Shown: piece after piece, positions 1-11,153 of the stretch
Layout of the letters: each line of letters opens with the position of its first letter
How positions within the stretch are numbered: the stretch's first letter is position 1
DNA from: Cetorhinus maximus
Taxonomy: Eukaryota
NCBI RefSeq assembly: GCF_964194155.1
Contig: NC_135888.1
Location: forward strand, 23,498,001 to 23,562,000
Direction: 5' to 3'
Length of the DNA stretch: 64,000 bases
Notes under the pieces: generated by a model
Database searches by the model: none
Seen by the model: the letters and a program-made list of their open reading frames with translations, nothing else
Told to the model about the DNA's origin: nothing
Program-made: the position numbers and the translations under genes

Positions 1-338
1 ACCCCCACTAGAGCTACCTTGCTTGTCCTGCTCTCCACTCTTAATTAGCACATTCTTTTAGATAATATCACCACCTTCAACACCTCTTTGTTCTTTTGTC
101 TGTGACATCTTTTGGTTATCTCCTCCTATCACTGCTTGCTTGTCCCAACAACCCCCCCCACCCTTAAACCAGCTTATATTTCACCCCTTTCCTATTTCTA
201 CTTAGTTCTGTTGAAGGGTCATGAGGACTCGAAACGTCAACTTTGCTCTTCTCCGCCGATGCTGCCAGACCTTCTGAGTTTTTCCAGGTATTTCTGTTTT
301 TGTTTTGGATTTCCAGCATCCGCAGTTTTTTGTTTTTA
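1..338 (+). mobile_element. Penelope-like element 3' end/pseudo-LTR
   Basis: Closely similar to 35100-35437, the tail of the GIY-YIG element. Confidence 0.75.
204..242 (+). ncRNA. Minimal hammerhead-ribozyme-like motif of a Penelope-like element
   Basis: AGTT-CTGTTGA-A-GGGTC(ATGAG)GACTC-GAAACGTC-AACT. Confidence 0.55.
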
Positions 339-339
339 T

Positions 340-985
340 GCTCCCAGTCCATTCTGGCCAAATCATATCTGATCTTATTAAAATCGGCCTTCCCCCCAAT
401 TTAGAACTCTGATTTCTGGCCCATCCTTGTCCTTTTCCATAACAACCTTGAATCTAACGGAGCTATGATCACTATCTGCAAAATGCTCCCCCACTGATAC
501 CTCTACCACTTGCCCGGCTTCATTCCCTAGAATTAAGTCCAGGATTGCCTTCTCTCTTGCAGGACCTTCTACGTACTGGCTTAAAAAGCTCTCCTGGATG
601 CATTTTAAGAATTCCGCTCCCTCCAAACCTATCACACTATGACTAACCCAGTTAATGTTGGGGAATTTGAAATCCCCCAATCTTAGTACCCTATTATTTT
701 TACACTTCCCTGAAATTTGCCTACATATCTGCTCTTCTACTTCTCTCTGACTGTTTGGGGACCTACAGTACACTCCCAGCAATATGATTGCTCCTTTTTT
801 GTTTTTAAGTTACACCCATTTGGATTAATTTGAAGAGCCTTCTAAGATGTCATCCCTCCTTACTGCTGTAATTGATTCCTTGATCAATATTGCGATACCC
901 CCTCCTCTTTTACCTCCTTCCCTGTCTCGCCAGAAGACCCTGTATCCTGGAATATTGAGCTGCCAATCCTGCCCCTCTCTCAACC
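340..985 (-). mobile_element. CR1 LINE ORF2 endonuclease fragment
   Basis: ORF 378-782 carries GVYCRSPN, GDFKFPNINW, ILDLILGN and SDH motifs. Confidence 0.85.
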
Positions 986-1360
986 ATAGTTAGGACGTGA
1001 AACTTGCTACCATGTGGAATGGTTGAAATGAATAGCACAGTTACATTTAAGGGAAGCTGGATAAGCACATGAGGGGAAAGATATAAATACTTCAGCTGAT
1101 AGTGAGATGAAGTGGGACTGTAAAATGGGAGGAGGCTCGTGTGGAGCATAAACACGAGCATGGACCAGTTGAGCCAAATGGCCCCTTTCTTTGATGTAGA
1201 CTCAATATAATTCTATGTACAATGTTAAATATGCTATGTCAATGGTTGTTGTATAAAGTTGTTATAAAAACAGAAAATGCTGGAAATACTTAGGTCACAC
1301 AACATCTGTGGAAAGAGAAACAAAATTAATGGTTCTGGTCCATGACCTTTATATATCATC

Positions 1361-1722
1361 TAGGATTTCCAACCAACCCTCCAGGGCGGACCAGGAATTG
1401 AAGATCAATCTCCAGGATGCTGCGGCAAGCAAAACCCTGGAGAAAAATCATAGGGTCATTAAAAAAGATTGTTTCTCTTCGTCATTTTCTTTGAACACTT
1501 CTTTTACCAGATATAAAAATATTGAAAATGGGGGGGAAGAAAAGGCTGAACTGACAGTCAGGCATCATTCAACTGCTTTCCAATTGGTGTAGGAAGGCAG
1601 TATGTCACAAGGATGGATGTGTTGGCCAACTAATGGCTGGAGAACAGTGGGGTGGGGGGGGGGAAGGGGGAGTCATGTGATGAAATCTCCAGGTATACAT
1701 TTAATCACAGTTGGCAACCCTA
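1361..1722. mobile_element. Non-autonomous DNA transposon/MITE with TAGGGTTGCCAAC-type TIRs
   Basis: Ends taggatttccaac ... gttggcaaccta; related copy at 49796-50062. Confidence 0.5.
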
Positions 1723-2209
1723 ACAGTATCTTGAACATAGTACATAGAATTACATGGAGTCCACAGCACAGAAACAGACCATTCGACCCCTCTGGTCAAT
1801 GCTAGTGTTCAGGCTCCAGAAGAACCTCCTCCCATCCTACATCATCTCACCCTGTCAGTACTTTCAGATTTCTGTAGTGCTTTGCTTTTTGAATAAGTCC
1901 AAGTTGTTGTTGGGGCATTTATTACATTTCATTGTGTTTTATTTCGTTGAAAATGTTTCACTATTACAAGTTGTTGTTGTACGTCACAGATTCTACCACT
2001 TTGTTAAAGGGAAGAATATTAGTCTTAAAAATCAGAATTAACCCCAGAAATACTAACTGAAGTAATTCTTACGTTAATAATGGCATAAATGATCTAGTTG
2101 CATTCATAATGGTCAGCATCTCTGATAATCCTATACTGAACATCACTGTGTGTTTCTGTGCTGCCTCTCCTCCCCAGAGGAAAGTTGTTCAGTCCAAATA
2201 TGACCTCAC

Positions 2210-2306
2210 CCGTTTCAAAGAGGAAGAAAACCAACGTCACCGCCCACGTCAACGCCGCGTGAAAGACCCGGACCAGGAAACCAGCGGAGAGAAGGTTCCG
2301 GAACAT
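2210..2306 (-). CDS. ZDHHC12: Palmitoyltransferase ZDHHC12, first coding exon (the gene continues beyond the left edge)
   Basis: ATG at 2306 gives MFRNLLSAGFLVRVFHAALTWAVTLVFFLFET(G), then donor GTGAGG. It resembles the vertebrate ZDHHC12 N-terminus, lies in CpG-rich DNA and is syntenic with ZER1. Confidence 0.88.
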
Positions 2307-2530
2307 TCCAGAGCTGAAGCCGAGCCGCTAACGCCAAGCTTCGGTCTCCGCTACCACATCGCCCGCCGCCTTCACTCCCCGCATCGGCGGAGAGGACAGA
2401 GCGGGAGGAAAAATTAGACTAAAACCTGGGAGCGGCGGCACCGCCGCGGCCTGGACCGAGCACCCACTCGTCTCTGGGGAGACAGTAAACTGTCTCCTGA
2501 TTGGTCAGGAGCTCGGAGCTGGTTGGCAGT
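2230..2530 (-). promoter_or_regulatory. CpG-rich promoter/5'UTR of ZDHHC12 with CCAAT box
   Basis: Local CpG enrichment around the ATG; ATTGG at 2500-2504 reads CCAAT on the minus strand. Confidence 0.6.
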
Positions 2531-2714
2531 AAAGCCAGGACTAGATTCCAGCTGCTCTTGAGATCTGGAGCTTGAAAAATAATTTGGACGGTTGTATAAG
2601 TGGATCAATTAATTTTCTATCCAACCAAATCAAGTGCTATATCACTTAGGAAGAAATTAAATATTATTAGGGGTTTAAAAAACTTATTGCAATAGGTGTG
2701 GCATCATCTTATTG

Positions 2715-3050
2715 ATTCTGGGGAGTCTTGACAGGGCAGATGCTGAGAGGATGGGGGAGAAATCTAGAACTTTGGGTCACAATTTAAAAATAAGGGGTTT
2801 TCCATTTAAGATGGAGCTGAGGAGGAATTTCTTCTCTGAGGGTTGTTATTCTTTGGAATTCTCTTCCCCAGCAAGCAATGGAGATTGGGTCATTGAATAT
2901 ATTCAAGGCTGAGTTAGGTAGATTTTTGATTGACAAAGGAGTTGAGGGTTATGGGGGGCAGGCAGGAAAGTGGAATTAAGACCATAAATCAGATCAGCCA
3001 CGATCTTACCTTGAGGGGCTGAATTGCCTACTACTCTCCTATTCCTTATG
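2715..3050 (+). mobile_element. CR1 LINE 3' fragment
   Basis: GHNLKIRG..FK.ELRRNFFS motif followed by a CR1-type tail. Confidence 0.75.
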
Positions 3051-5519
3051 ATAATAAAAGCAGCTTTATTGGGTATAAAAATACAAAAAAAAATTCTCAT
3101 TTGAATGCATGTCTAGTTAAAATAGAATGAGCCCATGATTAAAGCCTGGAGATAAATATACAGGTAGCTGAGCTCCAAGGAATCTGCTCAGCATTTTTAA
3201 AAATAAAAACAGAAAATACTGAAACTACTCAGCAGGTCAGGCAGCATGATGTTGACTAATTGCAGTGATCAATGTCTACCAGTGAGTCTACAACTGTCCC
3301 AGACATATATTGAGGGAAACTGCCCAGTGGGAGAGAACTTTGGGAACGATAGATCCAAAGACACTTGATCCTCCCCAAGCCACACTATAATCATCACACA
3401 TCGTGTTTCAAATTACTCAAACTGTATTGCAAAATATTTTCTGAAAGAAATATGTAATACCAAAGTAAAGAGATCCCAATACAGACCCATTTGAGACCCC
3501 AATGGTAGTATCCTCTCAGTCTGCTAGTAATAATCTGTCACTGATAATCCCTGTACCTTTACTCTCTGGACTCTTATCAATCAACCATTGATGGGCCCAT
3601 TAAAATGTTTGGAAAAGAATGTCAGGCAGAGTATATAACTAATTCACTGCATCCAGTTTTCTGCCCCTAACCAAAATTGATCATTACTCTGAAATGTATT
3701 ATTCTGCTGTTCAGGAACAACTATGTTAATGTGGCCATCTCCCTTTAACATCTCAATGTATAACTGGTGTCAGTAGTAATATTCACAGGTCAATTTAGAG
3801 GTTAATTGCTCACAATGAGGAATGTTTATAAACCCCGTGCCACCGTCCGAACCAGATGGTTCACAACCCAGGTGCCCTATTTGACTCTCAGCTCAGCTTC
3901 TGACACCTGTATTCAGTCCATGAATAAAAACTTCCACTGGAGCATGGCTTTTTCTCCACCTCTTCAGATTCCTGCTGTAACTCTGGTGGGATTCTATCAA
4001 AATCGTCAGGGAGCTAGGATAGAAGTTCGATGGAACCTGTATGGAATGTCAGAGTGATATATGCATGAATATATTAGTTGCATTTTTTAAAGATCAACAA
4101 CAATGACGTGGTTTAAACTTTTTATTTTAACAATTGTAAATATTAGCCCATCATCCATATCATTTCTTTAATTGAAAGCAATTTACATGCATTGTGCCTT
4201 TACCATGTTGTAAGCATATTCAAGGCACAGAGGATTACATATTAAAACTAACACAGCATTTAAATATTTGGTCACAGTATTGTTTTTGGTCAAAATGCCT
4301 TTTTCTTCTTGGAAGATGCATATTGCTATTAAACATGGACTGCAGCAATCATGAAGGCAACTCACCACCACCTTTTCAAGGGCAATTAGGGATGACCAAT
4401 AAATGCCGGCCTAGCTATCGATGCCTACATCCCATTAATTAATTTACAAAACAGCAAAATGCATGGCAAATCAAACAGCATTTCTTCCACCCATTCAAAA
4501 GATGTTAACTTGGTAAAACCCGTGGTGATTGTGGCAAAAACTCAGCAAGTGGAAAATGTTAATATTGTTATGGACCAAGATAGGAGGAGTGTACAGTTAA
4601 TTCTAGCCCCACTTCTCCACAGGTCACAATAATTTAAGTGTTTAATTCACCTACAAAACTGGCCAATTGTTTACCTTTGATACTATTATTCCCAGCATAA
4701 AATGTCTCTAACCAGGTCAGTAAACACAAAAAAAACCCTGATTTATTATAAAACAAACTGCTTTTTAAAAACAAGTTACTAAACTGGTTAACATAAAAGT
4801 TGTAGTTTAGAAGTGTAACTATTTTCCCCTTTTTCAAAAAGGATATTTGAACCCCCATACATACACACAAACACAAAACAGAACAAAACATACAGTCCCC
4901 TCCAGAGGCTGGAATATGGGAAAGTTTCTTCTAAAAGGATAAATTGGAAGAGATCTCGACGTTGTTGATTTAACAGAATTCTGGTCACAATAGGTCTGGA
5001 AATTCCTTCAGACGGATTTTTTGGTTAAACTGTCTTTGATGACTCCTATTTATCACAACTTTACAGACTTTCAAAAATGAAACAGACGAGTTATCCTGAT
5101 GAGATGTTTCTGAGGAAGGTTTAATACAAAGGTGGAGCAGAGAGAGGGAAAGAGAGTCTTTCTGTTGCAGCCTGCTTCTAAGGCATTGGGCACTGGGAGT
5201 GTCAGCCTGAATTACGTGCTCAAGTCTTGGGAGTGGGATTTGAATCTACCACCTAACTCGGGCAAGAATCATGACTGATACCTTCATCAGCCAACATCAT
5301 CAATAAATGACTATGGGTGACAGCTGTAATGAGATGGAACAGTCCTTCTTGTCAGCACATATTGCACACAGAATGGGAATGGATGTTGGAACCACGGAGC
5401 CTGGTGAAATTGGAGACAATTGTGAATTGTGTTTCGAATCTGGGAAACTAGGAATGTTGAATGTTGGGATGCACAAGGAAGATATCCAGATCCCATGCTC
5501 AAGGCTTTCAGGTCACTTG

Positions 5520-5684
5520 TTACCAGGCACACGACATCTCAGATGCAGCATCGCTGTTTCGGCGGGTTCTCACTGGGGACCATCCCACCTCTGACCGCGT
5601 GTCATCTGTGTACATGGACTTTGGCCAGCGGCTGTAGCGCTTGCTGGATTGTTTGTTATTCCAAATCCGGGGCTTTGTGTTCAT
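5520..5684 (-). CDS. Uncharacterised small protein, last coding exon (MNTKPRIWNN...RTRRNSDAASEMSCAW*)
   Basis: Acceptor ctcttgtatttcag, 55 codons ending in TAA, phase 0 matching the preceding exon; not repeat-like. Confidence 0.7.
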   Translation of the reverse strand: MNTKPRIWNNKQSSKRYSRWPKSMYTDDTRSEVGWSPVRTRRNSDAASEMSCAW

Positions 5685-6174
5685 CTGAAATACAAGAGTT
5701 TATATCAAAAAACACCAGACACACAGTTCTTACGACACTTTTGAAAGCAGAAGTCTCTGCAGCCTACAAAAGATATTCATACATCATATGTACACTACTC
5801 ATGCATTAAACGTACTGCTTATAATGCACATACATTAACAGGTATGTACATTATACATATATATTAAATATACACCCCACATACATGATACACATCCGCA
5901 TTATACATACACCTTACCATCTAAAATGCAACAGCTGGATATTCTGATTGGTGGAGCTTATGAAGTGCTGAAGGCATAAAGTTACTTCCATTTATATATC
6001 ACCTTTCACAAACAATGGACATCTCAAAGCACTTTACAGCAAATGAAGTACATTTGAAGTGTAGTCACTATTGTAAGAAATGCAGCAGCCAATTTAGAAT
6101 GGTGGTGGGGGCGATGGGAGAAACCTATTTTTTAATTTGTACGGCTACTACAAATGATTGTAACTTTCGCTCAC

Positions 6175-6282
6175 CTGCACGAATACAGCCGTGTTCATCT
6201 GAAGCGTCTCCATTCGCTCATTCATTCTCATCAGCCAGTCTCCATGATCCATAATCGCCAGCTTCAGGTCATCGTTGGCGTC
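6175..6282 (-). CDS. Uncharacterised small protein, middle coding exon (DANDDLKLAIMDHGDWLMRMNERMETLQMNTAVFVQ)
   Basis: Acceptor tttgattttatccag, donor CAG|gtgagc, 108 nt, phase 0/0. An in-frame alternative acceptor gives an exon start at 6324. Confidence 0.72.
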
Positions 6283-6740
6283 CTGGATAAAATCAAATCC
6301 AATCTCGCTGCTGGGTGACAGGGCCTGGATCGCAGGGACACACAGCACAGCGCTTTCAAACATACCAAAATAATGGGCAAGTATAGGCCAGCTGGTCCAT
6401 CCACCTCTTGATAGTGCAGCACTCCCTCAATACTACACTGTGTGTGTGGGTGGGGGGTGGGTGCATGTGCTCAAGTCTTGATGGTGGGACTTGAGCCACA
6501 ATCTCCTGGTTCAGAGACAAGATGCCAGCATCTCAGCCATGGCTGACACTAAATTGTGACCAAGGTACAGTCATCCTTCTACAAATCTAGGAGAATCAGA
6601 CTGACAAAACATTTATCTGAGTTAAATTAACACCCTCTTCCAACATATCTGGGGCATCTTCCACAGAAATACATCCCTAAACATAGGATTGTAGCAACAG
6701 CAGGTCAAATGGTTGACATGAAAAATAAAATGCATGTTAC

Positions 6741-6857
6741 CTCAGCGATGGAAAGTCTCAAGTGCTCCAACTTGTCGATTTGAGCCCTCAGGCGATCCTC
6801 CAGATCTTTCATCAGAGCCAAAGTTTCATCGGTCTTCAGGCTTTCTCTCAGTGACAT
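6741..6857 (-). CDS. Uncharacterised small coiled-coil protein, first coding exon (MSLRESLKTDETLALMKDLEDRLRAQIDKLEHLRLSIAE)
   Basis: ATG at 6857 in context gcaATG, 117 nt, donor GAG|gtaaca. Upstream acceptor ttcactttatcccag puts the exon start at 6892. Heptad leucine pattern. Confidence 0.72.
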
Positions 6858-7279
6858 TGCAACAACCCACAAGACTCACAACAGGGATTCAGCTGGGATA
6901 AAGTGAAACTGAATTTTACTCAACATGCTTCAGGTGCTGTCAATTGATAGGTCTTGGTTTAGCTACAGTTATGTCATCAGAATGTGGATCCTCTCCAGGA
7001 CTTACAATCTTAGAATAATGCAACATAGGCCATTCAGCCCATTGTGCCTGTGCTGGCTCTTTGAAATATCTTTCCAATTAGACCCACTACCCATGTTTTT
7101 CCCCACTGCCTTGTAAATTTTTCCTTTTCAAGTATTTATCCAATTCCCTTTTGAAAGTTACTACTGAATCTGTTTCAAGCATGCATTTCATATATTCTGA
7201 GCAATAATCAGATAAATGGCTATGAGATTTTCACAGTCCTCCAGCAATAGTTTTTGGGGTGGGCGGAGGATTCATAAAG

Positions 7280-8105
7280 GACGGATATCACTGGCTCCTG
7301 ACTGGGGTGGGGGCACGGATATCACTGGCTCCTGACTGGGGTGGGGGCACGGGTATCACTGGCTCTTGACTGGGGTGGGGACACGGATTTCACTGGCTCC
7401 TGGTTGGGGTGGGGGCACGGATTTCACTGGCTCCTGATTGGGGTGGGGGCACGGATTTCACTGGCTTCTGGTGGGGGAGGGGTTGGTGGGGGATTGCACT
7501 GGGTCATGGAGAGGGGGTGCAGATTTCACTGGGTCCTGGCTGTTGGGGTGGTTTGGATATCACTGGGTCCCAGTTGGGGGCTGGGGGTTGGGGTTGGGGT
7601 TGGGGGTGGGGGTGGTGGTGGGGGTGGTGGAGGGGGGGCATTTCACTGGGCTGTGGTTCGTGGGGGGGATTTCACTGGGTCCTGGTTGGGGGAGTGTATT
7701 TCACTGGGTCCCGTTTGTTGGGGGTTGGGTGTGGGGGATTTCACTGGGTCCTGGTTGGGGTGGAGGGGGGGATTTCACTGGGTCCTGGTTGGGGTTGGGG
7801 GGGTGGGATTTCACTGGGTCCTGGTTGGGGGGGGTGGAATTTCACTGGGTCCTGGTTGGGGTGGGGGGGGGGTGATTTCACTGGGTCCTTGTTGGGGAGG
7901 GGTATTTCACTGGGTCCTGTTTGTTAAGGGTTGGATGTGGGGGATTTCACTGGGTCCTGGTTGGGGTTGGGGGGGTGGATTTCACTGGGTCCTGGTTGTG
8001 TTGGGGGGGGGTTATTTCACTGGGTCCTGGTTGTTGGGGGAGGGGGGGGCGTGAATTCATTGGGTCCTGATTGGGGTGGGTGGGCTGGAATTTACCAGGT
8101 CCTGG
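7280..8105. repeat. G-rich minisatellite, ~35-bp unit GATTTCACTGGGTCCTGGTTGGGG...
   Basis: About 20 copies of the ATTTCACTGG core separated by G-runs. Confidence 0.9.
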
Positions 8106-8274
8106 GCTCGATGGTGAAGCTGGAGTCGACTTTTTGGAGATTTGAGTCTCAGGCATTCAAGCAAAAAAAAGTTCAGTCACTTCACAACAAAATTTGAGCC
8201 AATTTTCTCCCAGTTGTTTCTTATACAGAAGACTTTAACAGCAGCAGGTAACCAGCTAACCTGACCAGACTCAC

Positions 8275-8378
8275 CTGGTGGTGGTTTATTTGCTCTGATG
8301 GAGAGGGGTCCTGCTGATGGGCTCAGATGTCCTTTTGTTTCACTCTAGTTGTTCTTCAATCTTTACAAGTTGAGTCTT
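8275..8378 (-). other. Candidate non-coding 5'UTR exon of the uncharacterised gene
   Basis: Acceptor cacattccccag and consensus donor CAG|gtgagt; no ATG inside. Confidence 0.35.
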
Positions 8379-9089
8379 CTGGGGAATGTGAAGAATTCAT
8401 CCTCAATTTGGTGTTAAAGAGAAAAGCAGGACTGTATTAAACTGAACCGGGATTGAACTGTTTCGGCTGCAGTTTGGATTGATAATGAAAACTTTATTCA
8501 GAATCCATGCAAAAAAAAAAATGGATTCTTTGCTGGTAATAGACATTCTGTCAAGGGACTGTGCTAAGGGGAAAAACACAGATTCATAGATTGGGACAGT
8601 AAGTAGGATGGGTGTAGATGACTTCATTTACCACAGAGTGATTGAGGTGGATAGGATAGATACATCTAAGAGAAACTAGATAAATTCATGAGGGAGAAAG
8701 GATTAGAAAATTATGCTGATGGGGTCAGATGAAGTAGTGTGGGAGGAAGATCATGTGGAGCATAAACACCAGCAAGGATCAATTGGGCTGAATGGCCTGT
8801 TTCTATGCTGTAAATTCTATGTAATGTGCAAGAGTAGTTTATCAATTACATCTCCTCAAGGAGGGTCCAGCATCACATTCTTTTTTTTTCTCCTTTTTTC
8901 ATGTTTTCCTGCTTCTATTTGCAAATCTAAATATTGAGCAGGTTATTGAGGATATCATAGGAAACGGAAGAGGCCATTCAGCCCCTCCAGCCTGTTTCAC
9001 TATCCTATTAGATTATGGCTGATCTGTACCTTAACTCCATCTACATCCCTTTGTCCCATATCCCTTAATTCCCTTATAGAGTTCACAAC

Positions 9090-9840
9090 ACAAAAACAGG
9101 CCACTTGACCCAAATAATCCATGTCAGTATTTATGATCTACATGAGCCTCCTCCTACCCATCTCACCCTATCAGCATATTCTTATATTCCTTTCTCTCTC
9201 TCAGGTACTTACTTAAGCTTCCCTTTAAATGCATTTATGTTGTTCACCTCAACTACTTCCTATGGGGGTGAGTTCCATATTCTCACCACTCTTCCAGTAA
9301 AAAAGTTTCTCCTGAAATCCTCATTGGATTTTTTAGATTATCTTACATTTATGACCCCGAGTTTTGGACCTGTTCCCACAAGTGGAAATATCATCTTTGT
9401 GTCTACCCTATCAAAGCTCTCTATCTTAAAGACTTCTACCAAGTCACCCATCGGTCTTCTCTCTGCCAGAGGACAGAGCCCCAAAGTTTTCAAACTTCCC
9501 TGATAGTTATAACCTCTCACTTCTGGTATCATTCTTGTAAATCTTTTTTGCATTTTCTCTGCTGCTTCTATATCCTTTTTGTAATTTGAACATTGGAACT
9601 GTGCACAGTATTTCAAGAGTAGTCTAACTATGGAACCTATACATGTTTAACATAACTTTTCTGCTTTTCAATTCTATCCCTCCAGAAATGGTGATCTGTC
9701 TGCAGTTTTTTTTTTTGGCTTTGTTAACTTGTGTTGCTAATTATAATGATTTGTGAATCTGTACCCCTTGCCCTCGTCCCCATTTAAGACTCTTATTTTC
9801 CAAGGTGTGATGACCTTTGTTGTACAAAAATGCACTACTT
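9090..9840 (-). mobile_element. CR1 LINE 3' RT fragment
   Basis: ORF 9338-9616: YCAQF..YKKDIEA.EKMQKRFTRMIP...GDLVEVFKI. Confidence 0.8.
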
Positions 9841-9864
9841 ACTCATCTATATGGAGAGCAACAG

Positions 9865-10445
9865 GAAAGTGGGATTAGACTGGGTGGGATATTAAAGGAT
9901 ATGGACAGCAAATGGGATGGTGGGAATAGACTGGTTGGGATATTGAAGGGTATGGGAAGTGAGTGAGAGTGGGATTAGATTTGTTGGGATATTAAAGGGT
10001 ATGGGAAGTGAGTGAGAGAGTAGGATTAGACTTGTTGGGATATTGAAGGGTATGGGAAGTGAGTGGGTGACTGGGATTAGACTGGGTGGGATATTGAAGG
10101 GTATGGGAAGTGAGTGAGTGGGATTAGACTTTTTGGGATATTAAAGGGTATGGGAAGTGAGTGGGAGAGTGGGATTAGACTGGGTGGGATATTGAAGGGA
10201 ATGGGAAGTGAGTGGGAGAGTGGGATTAGACTGGGTGGGATATTGAAGGGTATGGGAAGTGAGTGGGAGAGTGCGATTAGACTGGGTGGGATATTGAAGG
10301 GTATGGGAAGTGAGTGGGAGAGTGGGATTAGACTGGGTGGGATATTGAAGGGTATGGGAAGTGAGTGGGAGAGTGGCATTAGACTGAGTGGGATATTGCA
10401 ATGTGTGTGTAGCAAGCTGGAAAGTGGGGTTAGACTGGATGGAAG
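9865..10445. repeat. 51-bp minisatellite, about 11 copies
   Basis: Unit GGGATTAGACTGGGTGGGATATTGAAGGGTATGGGAAGTGAGTGGGAGAGT; 17-aa periodic ORFs. Confidence 0.92.
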
Positions 10446-11153
10446 ATTATAGCACGGAGCAAGGAGCAGAGGGGAATGAAGCTATTGGAAACTATTCCAG
10501 CTGATAACTGAAACTTGGTTGCACCAACTCCTCACTGCACACGGTATAACCTTTGCACAAGTTTTAAGACCAGGGCATTCTCTGCTTCTCATTGGACCAG
10601 CAGGTTATAATAGCTTTAAGCATCTTCATGAGCAGCCGGGATGCCAACTCTGATTTGATATATTCCTGGAGATTTGATCATGTGATACTCGATCACATGG
10701 CATCAGATCAGTGAGGACTGATGGGAGCAAATCTCATGCCTTCTATTGGTCATTTACAGAATTATATTGGTAGAGGGTTGAGAGCTGGTTCTGTTGGAGG
10801 CGACTGGAGAGAATGAGGATCAATTTTGACTTTGTGTGAGATTGTAAAACAGGCAATATCGTATCGGTTTCTTGTTATACATCTCTCCCGATTTCCATTT
10901 TCAGTGAGTTCTGTTTTACATTATGACCCAAAGTCAAAATATTCTCCAAAGAGGCTTTTAAATTTGTAGACAGAGGCCTTGTGGATGGAGGAGGAATAAA
11001 ATATATATATTTTTTTAAAGTGCAGCAGAGATAACATATCACTTTTCTTTGATTGTGAAACAGATTATTAGAATTTACTGTTGAGATGACATTAGTTGCT
11101 AATAATCCTTAAATCTGTGAAATAAGATGCAAACTTTATAACTATCTGTTTGG

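Noticed and set aside
5520-5534. CaaX prenylation signal on the unnamed protein
   Set aside because: The C-terminus is SCAW, with Cys at -3 rather than -4.
7341-8054. Gly-rich 237-aa ORF and a CRISPR-like repeat/spacer appearance
   Set aside because: This is a minisatellite. The spacers are G-runs rather than unique sequences, there are no cas genes, and the DNA is vertebrate.
10077-10452. Periodic ORFs on both strands
   Set aside because: A consequence of a 51-bp unit, which is a multiple of 3.
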